Assembly (NCBI GenBank): GCA_044892525.1
Contig: CM097885.1
Location: 233,740,001-233,804,000, forward strand
Direction of reading: 5' to 3'
Length of the DNA stretch: 64,000 nt
Origin: Schmidtea polychroa
Taxonomy: Eukaryota
Positions within the stretch are counted from its first letter, which is position 1. Every line of letters begins with the position of its first letter. The notes below the pieces were generated by a model. That model saw only the letters and a list, made by a program, of their open reading frames with translations. It made no database searches and was not told the DNA's origin. Position numbers and translations under genes: made by a program. Positions 41,701 to 54,300 of this stretch are shown in pieces.

Positions 41701-44700
41701 ACAGCCATTAAACTATGAATTTTTTTATATACCTTACTGTAAATGTTAAATATAATTCATTACATTTTTAATATATTTACTATTAATATTAGTATCATTT
41801 TCAGCTCCACTTCCATTATCTCAAATTTAATCTTAAATTATTTATAGTTGTAAAAATATCTCATTTAGAAAATAGTTATAAGAGAATATTTAACCTTCAT
41901 CTGAAATTTTTATATCATTGATGTCAACTTGTATTTATAACGAAATTTAAAAGAATCATCTTCTCTTACATCATGGTTTCTCAAAACGGGTTAGGCGTAC
42001 CAACTGGGATACGCGAGTTGCTGCAGCCAAAAATAATATACATATAATTTGACATGACGTGTAATGCTAATTGATGAAGTAATTTATTATTAATAGGTAG
42101 TACCTTCATTTGCATGCATGCTCAGTGAGCATTGCTCACTCTACGTTGTATTTTCTGTAAGCGTTCTCTTATTCACCCATGTGTGTGGGTGTTGCTGTGT
42201 ATGTCTGTAATTCAAAAACATTTCTTTTCTAGCCATTCAGAACCCACCACTCTTTCATCAGTCTTCTTTCAACCCCAACCCATAAGCTTTCCTCACCTGC
42301 TTACATTCCCAATAATTATCTTCGGCCTGTAGAAACATCTAGCATGCACATACTGCTTGTAACGCACACACACCTGACAACCGTTTGCAATGAATAAACG
42401 CATCTATAATCCAGGTTAGTGTATACAACCAATGATAGATGACGAATTATTTGTGATTAAATGGAGTTACTTTGTTTAACTATTTTTTAACTATTTTAGT
42501 CATTTTATAAATGGTTTTCAAGTAATTTGTTTAATCTAAAGTAAAGTTTAAGGGTTGGATTTTGATCCATATAGAAATGAGATCATTATTCAAGCTCTTA
42601 AATATTACTTTTTTTCAACATTTTCTATTATAACTTATCCAATTAATTTTTACAAGATTTTCAGACATTTATTAATAAAAATTTGGATTGATTTCGATAC
42701 AATGTTCTATCTCCAAAGAAATCTATTTTTACAATATTTATGGAAAAGACGATGAAGTGTTCAAAATAGCTTTTCAAACTTTTATAATCATCCTTTTTAG
42801 CTCACTTTCCAGAGCCTCATTGACTAAATCGAATTTCCATTCGAGGACATTAATTTTTAAATTTAGGTTAATAAAATTTACGATTTCCTAGTTTTTTAAC
42901 ATTGGACAGCAAAGTTGATAAAGAAATTTAGGACAATGTGAAATACTAAAAAATTATTAAATTTATTAAAAATTGAAGATAAATCTTACGAAATAATGTT
43001 ATGGTGCGTTTATTCATTACGATTCTATATATCGAAATTTCGCATGCATTTTTTACAATGTGTTGTCTTTGTGCGTGTCAGTTTAATTTTTTACCACTTC
43101 CTATATTAAGTGCGTTTATTCACTGCAACGCAAAAAATCAACACACGTAAGTTTGTGTATTTATATAATATAAACATATTGATTTTTTAACAGTATATAT
43201 GCGTTTATTAATTCCAAATGAGTGTATCTTCTTTAGGCCATATTTAACTGAAACATGTCTATCAAAAGAGCGCGTTACTGCTATTGTATTTTCTTTTTTC
43301 TCTCATTAGTTGAATTAGGCATTGCATATTATATTCCTCCTGTGATGTGAACCTACAGAACCCACAGATTTTCTGTGACCAAGCTAATAAGCAAGTGATG
43401 TGGAAAAAAAACTAAATAAAATTTGATATAATATTTTTATTCTTATTATTTTTATTAATANNNNNNNNNNNNNNNNNNNNNNNNNNNNNNNNNNNNNNNN
43501 NNNNNNNNNNNNNNNNNNNNNNNNNNNNNNNNNNNNNNNNNNNNNNNNNNNNNNNNNNNNNNNNNNNNNNNNNNNNNNNNNNNNNNNNNNNNNNNNNNNN
43601 NNNNNNNNNNNNNNNNNNNNNNNNNNNNNNNNNNNNNNNNNNNNNNNNNNNNNNNNNNNNNNNNNNNNNNNNNNNNNNNNNNNNNNNNNNNNNNNNNNNN
43701 NNNNNNNNNNNNNNNNNNNNNNNNNNNNNNNNNNNNNNTGTGATACCCAGTGCAAATCCCAATAGTAGACTAGTTTCGAGCTTTTGGCTCTCTCTTCACG
43801 CCAGGTAAGTATACAATATTGCTAATTCAACTTTGTTGCATACTTTCCCCGTACCAGGGAATTAATATTTAAATTTAATAGTTTTTAGTATTTCACATTG
43901 TCCTGAAATTTCTTTATCAACTTTGCTGTCCAATGTTTATGTTGGGGAAAAAACTAGGAAATCGTAAATTTTATTAACCTAAATTTAAAAATTAATGTCC
44001 TCGAATGGAAATTCGATTTAGTCAAAGAGGCTCTGGAAAGTGAGCTGAAAAAGATGATTATAAAAAGTTTGGAAAAAAAATTTCATCGTCTTTTCCATAA
44101 ATGTTGTAAAAGTAAATTTCTATGAAGATAAATAAATTAATTTAAAAATAAAATAAAAAAATGGATTTCATTTGATAGCAAAAACGGCAAAACAAATGGG
44201 TAGATAAGAATACACCGCCAGGACTCACATCTAAACCGAGCATTCATGGGAAAAAAGTTATGGTCACTGTATGATGAAATGCCAAATGTGTGATCCTCTA
44301 TTCCTTCAAGACCATTGCCATGAAATTGATGTCATGCATGCGAAACGTATGAAAAAACAACCAGCATTGGTCAATCGGCACGGCGCAATATTACTGCATG
44401 ATAACGCACTGTTGACAAATTAGCCTCACTACAATATGACGTTTGGCAACATCCCCAAATTCACCCGATATTTCTCCTGCCTATTATTACCTGTTTCGTA
44501 ATTATGAGTTATTTTTAAGAGAAAAAAAATATAACAACCAAGACGATGTAATAAAAGACTTTGAATTGTTTATTAATTCTAAAAACGAAGACTTTTTTCA
44601 AAAAGGCATAAACGACTTGCCCAATCGTTGACAGAAAGTTGTAGATGCTGATGGGAATTATTTCAATTGAATAAAATAAAAAATATGAAACATAGAGCTT

Positions 44701-47700
44701 TCTATTTTTTTATTTTTACTCATGCCTTCCAATCTAATATTTGAATTTTATTATTGAAAAATTAAATTTGAAATGTATTTTAAATTATTTAAATTTTTTT
44801 ATGAAACGGATCGAGTAAAAAACAAGAATGATGGAAGAAAAGAACAAGAAATATTAGTTAAATTTCGTAATGGATTGAAACATCATGTATTTCATTTGGT
44901 AAATAAACCTACTGTTCCTTGTACGAATCATGAATATCACTTGAATTTACAATCTGGATTAATTTATCATTCAATGATAGATTTAAAATAATTTTCTCAA
45001 AGAAAAAACTTTTCGAAATGCTTAGTAACACAATTCCAATCAATTCAAAAATCAAACAGTTTAAAATATGTCGACTTTTCAAAATTTTAAACAAAAAATA
45101 TATTTATAACAAATATTTAAAAAATATTAAACTATTTAATTGAACTATGTCACTCTTTGACATATGCGATCTGCAATTAATTAATTAATAATTTTTATTT
45201 AATTTTAATTATTATTTTTATCACTGGAGGGAACAGTAATAGTTAATTAGCAATTCTTGGTTTCCAAGTCCACAAGATTTAAAAACCGATGTTTATTCAA
45301 CCAAATCTCAATATTTAGTATACTTGCAAAAATCGGATAACTGATGTGAAAACTAGAATTTCTGAAAATCAGCTGGTAAAGTATTTATAGAACTACAGAA
45401 TACTACTCTACTTTGTATTACAGTGGCGTAACTAGTGTTTTCAGCGCCTAAAATATTTTCACCCCTTTAATTGCAATTTTTCAAAATTTTTTACATGCAA
45501 ATAATCAAAAGATCAAAGTAAATTTTATGACTCTGTTTTACAATTTATATTGAATTGAAAAAATTAAAGAAATTTAAATTTTACCAATAAATCCATTTTA
45601 AACTATATTTATTCTATAAATTTATAAACAATAAATTTATATACAATGTATTAGTAATGACAACCAACAGGTTGAAAATTAATAAGAACAACAGAAATGT
45701 CTTTCTTTTCCTTTTTACAGATTCTTTCTATCTCATGCAGTTACATAGCTACAGGTATTTTTAATTTTCACTAAATAGAAGGTTTTAATTCAAATAATAT
45801 CAAAATTTTATTTTAAATTGGAAAATTGTTTATATTACAAAAACGAAATGATTATGTAAAAATTCGATAAAATGGCAAGAAATAATTATATGGAAAAATA
45901 AATAGAATGTTTACATAGAGTAGAAAATGATAAATTTGCCTACTTGTCCAAAGAGGCTTCCAATCATATTTGATTCTCAATTTCTTATTTTTTTCATAAC
46001 AAACAAGTTTGTGAATGATACTTAAAGCAATACTAAATGAAAATAAAATAATTGAAAATATAAATTTTAACTTGAATAAATCTGCAGGAAGAGCTTTCAT
46101 TATATGACATGTCATGAATTCTTCTAAAACATCTANNNNNNNNNNNNNNNNNNNNNNNNNNNNNNNNNNNNNNNNNNNNNNNNNNNNNNNNNNNNNNNNN
46201 NNNNNNNNNNNNNNNNNNNNNNNNNNNNNNNNNNNNNNNNNNNNNNNNNNNNNNNNNNNNNNNNNTCTTTACTGATTCATAATCAATTTTTAAATAAATA
46301 CAGTGTCAATTGAAAAGAAATCAGATGTGAAAATCGAAAGTTATTATAATATTATTATTATTAGTTTTATTATTGTTATTATTAATATTAATATAATAAA
46401 ATAATATAATAATTATTATTAAAAATAACGTTAATAATTATTAATAAAAAAATAATAATATTATATAAAATATTTTTTAGTTTATTTAAAGTAGACCTTA
46501 TGTTGAATATCCGAAATTAAAAAAATTCGAGATGTAAAAAAGTTTTAAAAATATATAAATTTGAATATTAATATTAAAAAATAAAATTTTAAAAGCATTT
46601 TAAATTTTGTTAATTTTTTTTTAACGTATCGAGTAAAAGACAAGAATGAGGAAAGAAAAAACAAGAAATATTAGTTGAATTTCGTAATGGAGTGAAAAAT
46701 CATGTATTTTAGTTCGAAATATTTCATTTGGTAAATAAACACTGTGGAAATGGCTTACCTAGTTATTTATTTGAATTATATTAATAATAATAATGATTAT
46801 AAAATAATAGTTTTTGGGTAGCACCATAAATTATCTAATAATCGAAATTTGTTTTATCTAACATATAAAAAAAGTTTATCTTGTCATTTATTTGTTTAAT
46901 AAATAATTAATATAATTATAATAATAGATATTTTAATACATAATTATTATTTAAATAAATTAGAGATATATTCTTATGTTAACAAACAAACAAATTATAA
47001 AATAATGATTTAGTCGTAGCATTAATTAAATGTTAAACAATTAAATAATAAAATAAGATTTTTGCTGCAAAGTATGTATTAAACAAAACAATTTTATAAT
47101 GATAATTATTTTCATAATCGAAAATTATATCATTTCATTTAATATATTTTTTGCAGCAAAAACTTAGTTTATCATTTACTTGTTTAAATCAAACAAATTA
47201 AAATAAAATTCTCCTAGATTTAATTTTTGAAGTTTGTAAATTTCACTTTTTGTATTCATGTTTTAAATTATTTCCATAAAATTATTTGAATTTTGAATCT
47301 TAACAGTTTGTTTTAGAAAATTAGAAATGGCCCAAAAATAATTTAGAAGATTTATAAATAGATTTAGTATAAGAAATCTTGAAGTGTACGGAAAAGATTA
47401 TACCTGTCGTTTTAGTTTAATTTAAAACAATTTAAGTTAATTATTTTAAATTTTTTCGATCAATGAAAACATAAACATGTAAACTTATTTATAAAATAAC
47501 TTGTTATTTATAAATTTGCTAACATACCAATAACACCGCAAACCAATGGTCGAGTTGAATTGTTGTCTTCGTCTGGAACTATTTTCCTGTGTCTCATTGT
47601 CTAAGAACATATTTTCATAAATATTTCCAATGATAAATTTTACAATAAACACAAAATTCTAATAAAAATTTCTTTAAAAATGTAAGTAAATTGTAAAAAG

Positions 47701-47959
47701 AAGTGCTTTAATAAATTCCAAACATTTTAATTTAGGTATCTACTATATTATAATCACTTTTTTGTTGCTATCATAGATTTTATATTATAAAATTATAAAA
47801 TATTATAAAATTACATACATTCTGTTTTTGAAATTAAGCACCAAAATTTCGAATTTTCTTTATAATTGTTAACTATTTCTTGTTTAAAAATATTATTATT
47901 TATTAAAAAAAATCTCCGCTTTGGTTTCGTAGTTTGAGAAAATTCTGTATTTTATTATA

Positions 47960-48012
<53 letters not shown>

Positions 48013-48285
48013 CATTATTATTATTATAAACTATAATACAAACTTCTTGGGACAGTGCTTATACCAATTATGTTATCAATCAATAAAATGCATACTTTTC
48101 TGTGGATTGTGACTTTCAAATTCAAATGACTATCGTGTAGTGTATCAGCTATATTTTGATCCTATTATTATCCAAAAAGGCATTATTATTATTCTGATGA
48201 TGGAATGAATAAAGAAATTAACCTCTGTCAGCGATAACAATATCAGAAAGCACAATCGACAGTTATTGTAGAACGATGTTTCTGA

Positions 48286-48352
<67 letters not shown>

Positions 48353-51300
48353 AATAAATTACAAGTACAAAAAATAAAAAATGGTGAAAAATAGAAAAGT
48401 CAATAATAGTTGAACTGCTATGTCTTGTACTACAAAGTTTAATTGACAATGACTATTTTTTATAACAATTGTTGGTTTATGTTGAAATAATTAGTTAAAT
48501 AATCCGCTGGTTGTGACTGACACATGGAATTACTGACAGCCACTGGAATTTTTGGAATAAATTTTACTAGCAATATATTTTTATTAGAATTGGAGTCGAA
48601 GATAAGAGATTGATAAAATATTTTCTTAGTTTTATACAAGGAAATTATTAATATTTCACAAGTCAATATTATTAAGTAGATAAAAAAATCTAATTTTTAA
48701 TTTAAAATGTAATTTATTTGAAAATGGCTCCAGGAAAATAATTTATTAAATTAAAATTTCAATCAAAATATCAACTCATAAAAACAAGGTGAGTGAAATT
48801 ATTTTTTAAATCATCATCAAAATAAATTAATAATTCGTCCTTTTGCATCTGACGTTTAAATTTGAAACTATTATTTTGTCATATTTTGTAATTTTGTCAC
48901 ATTTCAGGGAAAGTTCAATTATAACTTAAACTCAAGAATAATATATATTAGGAAAATCAGTGTTATCAAATTACACCTTTATAAGAACATTTCATTTGTA
49001 ATAAATATCGCCATACATAAATGTTAAAGTTATATAATAGAAGAGAATATGGAAGAAATATATATCACTAAACAGTGAGTTAATGAGAAAATAATTTATC
49101 CTTCTCTACATATTTCTAACAAAGCCGGGTTTTAGTTCTGTAACTCCTGTAAGTCAATTAGATTCAGCATAAATCGTAACTTAGTTATATAAAATAAAAG
49201 TAGAAGGAAAACGCAATAAATAAATTCATGATTTTAAATAATGATGTAAACAAAAAGTGTATTAAAATTAAAATTTGCATTTCATAACTTGTAAAATTCC
49301 ATTTCCTGTACTTATATGCTCTTGAAGTTCATCATATACAAATTACAGATAATTGGAATAAATTATTTCATATATGACATACTTGTCAAAGAATACAAAG
49401 AAAAATCATGAAAAATTAACTAATTATTTTTAAAATAATATTACAATCAGCCAGTGAAAAATCATTATAAAATGATAGCACAAATTTTAGTAATAAAATA
49501 AAATTTTTAATATTCTCAATATAATCTTAAATAATATTTTATTGTGCCAAATAATTGCTAATTATCGAGTTTCCTTCAAATGTAGAGAAAAAATATTAAT
49601 CAACATTAATTTATTGTTTCTAATTTTTATATTATGACAATGCGTCAACATTCGATATAAAATTAGGTAAATATTCACTATGTTCGCTAAATTTCAAATA
49701 TTCACAATTTTCAAATAATGCAATTAAATGTTACAGAATTGTTATTGGGAAATGATCATTTGACATTTTTTATCAGAATAATTTTGGAAAAAATATATAC
49801 AAAATGTTTCCAGATCATTTTAAAATAAGTCGATAAATTACCTTTCAAATCTTGCATTATGATTGAACAATATTCAAGAAATACAACGACCATATTAATA
49901 GGATCCTCCTGAATGCCATTGGAATCAGGTGTCAATGTTTCAACATTAGAATCATCAAAATAATTATCATTATCTAGAACATTGCGAATGAAATTGACTG
50001 CAGAATTAAGCACAGGGTGGGAAGAAACCATGATATAGCTGAAGTGGACATTTAATTGTAGAAAATCAAAAAATGCCAAAAGAAAACATGAATCAGATCT
50101 AAAAATGAAAATGTTTATAGTAAAAACAATGAAGAAATGAAATCAAACATAGAAAACATGGTTTTTGAAACTCTAAATTTCACTCTCTTAATTTCAAGAT
50201 ATTTAAGATAATTACGTTATCTCTTTAATATGGAGTTAATGAATAGATAAGAATTTATATTGAAATAAGGAAATAACACTAGATTTGACTAGATCAATAT
50301 TTTTAATCAGATAGATCTGAAATTTTGATAGCATGTAGTGTTTTCGGCAACGAATGTACTTGCCAAATTTCAGCTCAATCCGATCAAAGAAAGTAGGTTT
50401 ATTTGGCCTCACAAAATTCGTGTGGCACATACAAACATGCAAACATCATCGAAATTAATATATCGTATTTTCCCGCAAATGGCCCGCATACGCAGATAAC
50501 CCGCACCCTCATATGCCCCTGGATTTTTAAGTTTTGTGTAAAAATTGACCAATATAGTAAAATAACCAAAACGTGTAAAAAGGGTTTGATATATCCCACG
50601 CCCTTATATATATATGGGTTATATGAGTTATATATATGTGGGTTATATGCGGGAAAATACGGTAGAGAGAGTAAAAATATTTAAAATTAAAAATTGTATT
50701 CATATTCATTTTATTTATAATTTATATTCATAATTTTATCTTATTAAATTGTCAAAATGTTCAAAGAAATTGGTAAGACCTCATGCCATTATTTAATTAT
50801 TTTTTGAAAACTCCAAAAAAGGTCTTCGACCATAATCGTCGACAAACTTGTACTGGTCACATCTTTTATTGTCATAATACATAATTTTATTAATTAAAAT
50901 TACCATATTAAAAGTCAATGCGGAAAATTCATGAATATTAAATAAATCGATATATTTACTGATTCATAGTCAAGCTTTTTAATAAATACAATGTCAATGG
51001 AAAAGAAATCAGTGGTGAAATTTGAAGTTAATATAATAAGTTAAATTAAATAATAGTAAATATGTGGCATTGCACTCATGACATAAATATTTATAACCAA
51101 GATCCGAAGACTATTTAAGTAGGATTTGAAATCCACTAACAAACACTAAGTTAAAAAAACAGAAATTAGAAACCACTTTACAATGAGGTGATAATGATCG
51201 ACCAAAGGAATCGATTAATATTAGTAAAAACAATTTTGTGAAAATGTTATTGAAATGCTGTTTGAATTTTTTTTGTGAATTTTGAAAGTTTTAAATTTTT

Positions 51301-54300
51301 ATAACTTTTATAATTTTTAAAGTTTGAATTGAGAAAAGAGAATTTAATGAACTTTTAGCAAAATTATATTTAAAAAAAATTAATGAATTAGTTTGTTTAA
51401 AAAAGAGCAATTTAGATTGATTCAGTTTGAATTAGATGGTGACAGTGCTATAAGTGTGAATTTGAAATAAATAATGATGTCATATTTTAGAAATTTAAAT
51501 TCTATCTAAAATTACCATATTAAAAGGCAATGCCGAAAATTCATGAATATCAAATACATCGAAATATTTCATAGTCAAGCTTTTTAATAAATAACATTTG
51601 TGTTATAAATTATTTTTAATTAATTTTCAGTTTGTTTAGGAATTTTATGAAATTTATTTTATAATTATTTTGATATAATGTAAGTCATATCAATTTTTAA
51701 TTATAATTAAATAATTAAACCAATCGCCAAAAATGTATTTTTCTAAAACAGAAATGCTAATGAATATTTCTTTAAAAATACATTTAAAAACATTTTCAGC
51801 GATCTTTTTTTCTCAAAATTGTCTAAAATAAAGCAATTATAGAAACTTATGTCAGCGGCACATTTCTATATATGGAAAGTTTGCATGTGTTTTTAGTATA
51901 TGTTATGTTTTTGTGCAGTATTTAATTTTTCTACCTCTTTTTAGATTTCTATAGTGTAAGATGTATCTCATTGCATTATCATTGCACTACTCATTAAACA
52001 TCAGCGTGGACTCAAGGTAAGTATGTATGTTTCTATGATGTAAAGCTATTGATTTTTATTGTCATGGATTTAATTAAATATCACTTGGCTATGACAAACA
52101 TTTATTATAGGTAGATTTTATTTATATTATTTATCCTTAAATCCATGTCCATTTAGCAATTATCAATTGCTTTCTGGTTTATTTGAAAACTTATTAGAAA
52201 TTATTATTTGTTTCATTATTATTTAGAATTTTATAATAAAGGAATAATTAATATCGAAATCCAAATGAGTATCATAATGATCGTATTTGAATTAGGATTT
52301 ATAAGTAGGTAGTTAGGGCATCGCCATAACAATTAGCCCCCCCCAGGGGAGGGTAAAATTGTTGAAACTTTTGATTACATTGTTGTGGGTAATTGTTGTG
52401 GTGATGCCCTAACTACCTACTTTTATAATTTGATTTTTTTTCCAAATACTGATAATATTGTTAAATATTAAATATAAATTACAATTTTACATGCTAATAT
52501 TGCAGGTTACTTCTGATTTGATGAGGAAATTACCAATCTAAACATTAAATTTATTAAGTTAATTTTTAAAAATAAAAGAATAAATAATAAAAATAATATT
52601 ATTAATAATTATTAATAATAGTTAATAACAATAATAATAATTAATATATAAATAAACAAATAACGTATATTTGTTTGTCATCAATCAATACAATTATATT
52701 TTTATCGATCTATATATAATTGCAATTCTAATATAAATAGACAAATAATTTTACTTCGGTGAATATTCACAGGTTGCAACTAATAATAATANNNNNNNNN
52801 NNNNNNNNNNNNNNNNNNNNNNNNNNNNNNNNNNNNNNNNNNNNNNNNNNNNNNNNNNNNNNNNNNNNNNNNNNNNNNNNNNNNNNNNNNNNNNNNNNNN
52901 NNNNNNNNNNNNNNNNNNNNNNNNNNNNNNNNNNNNNNNNNNNNNNNNNNNNNNATAATAATAAATACTAACCACAGATGTAATCGATGATATAACTCCT
53001 TTTGGCTTCCGAGAATCTTCTGTGCTTTTTCTAAAACATTTATTGACATTAGAATTTTTAATTTAGAAATTCTTTTTAAGATATTAGGAGGCGGAATATA
53101 TATTAATCGAATGATCTATCATAATAAGTATCCTCTGTATTTAAATAATATACATAAATGGTAGTGAAAATTATTATAATTTACATTTGGAGTGATTTAA
53201 ATGAAATTTGGTGAACATAACTTAAACTATTGCAAATTGGTGTCAATTATTTCATATTTAACCAAAAATAACCTCCAATAAATAAAAACAACTGATAATT
53301 ATTTGCTGTCGGCATATTAAGTAATGAATTCGACCAGTTATTCAAAAAGCAGCACATAAAGATTAATTAATAAATAAAAGATTTTACTTGATATATTCCA
53401 CAAACATCATAGAAATTAAATGAGATATTCCCTAAACAATGAATAAGCTCAATTACAATTAAAATGATAATAATAAGCTAAGTTTAATTTACAATTTTTT
53501 GGAGGAATAACTTTACTTACATTTAAAACGATGTTTTCTTCCAAAATGGACATTTTCAATCGATAGTAATTTGTCTAAAATAAGTTATTTTCAAAAATAT
53601 AATCTAGACAAAATGTTAGATTGATAAAATTTTTACAACTCATTTTTATTTCAGTATTAACCTTTATGCGTAAATGTGCGTTCTTGTGAATTATTATTAT
53701 CTTTCAATAACATCTATAATCTGACTTATTTTTATTCGCCAATGATTTGTTGTAAAATTTTATTTGGACACTTTCGCAGTCTTTCTTAATTTTGTAAAGA
53801 CGAATTAATTTCTGTAATTATCTTTAAAACATAAGCCACTGAATAAATTATTCATTTCTGGAAAAGTGAATATGGTAGATACAATCAGTAGAGTAACAAT
53901 ATTAATAAATTCAATACTATTGTTTTTACATTGTAAAATTAAATAAATTTAAAGAATTTCACTTAGTTTTCGATTACAGATTATTTTTAACTAACTACCA
54001 ACGGTGATAGAATTTGCGAGGTAATCACATTCTGCTTCCTACTAATAATCGAAAAAGAATTAAGCCCATAATGAACTGTTCTGATACAAACAAGATACAG
54101 GAAACATTAGAAAAATTGACTTCAAGGAACTCTTGGTCAATTCTGAGCTTAAAAATTAAAAATTGCTGTTTTTATTCAAAATTTCAAAGATTTACATTTC
54201 CTACCGATTATAGATTAATATTTTGCTCCCTATTCACCATGAATTTTATGCAAAGATTTTTCTGATACAGATCAAAAGTGAAGTTAAAGATTTTTAATGA

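Noticed and set aside
48190-48225. CTGATGA..GAAA motif
   Set aside because: No stem II pairing; it lies in a short ARMH3 intron.
54010-54180. Possible LINE RT fragment ([11 protein letters not shown])
   Set aside because: Lacks the YADD/FADD motif; similarity is too weak.
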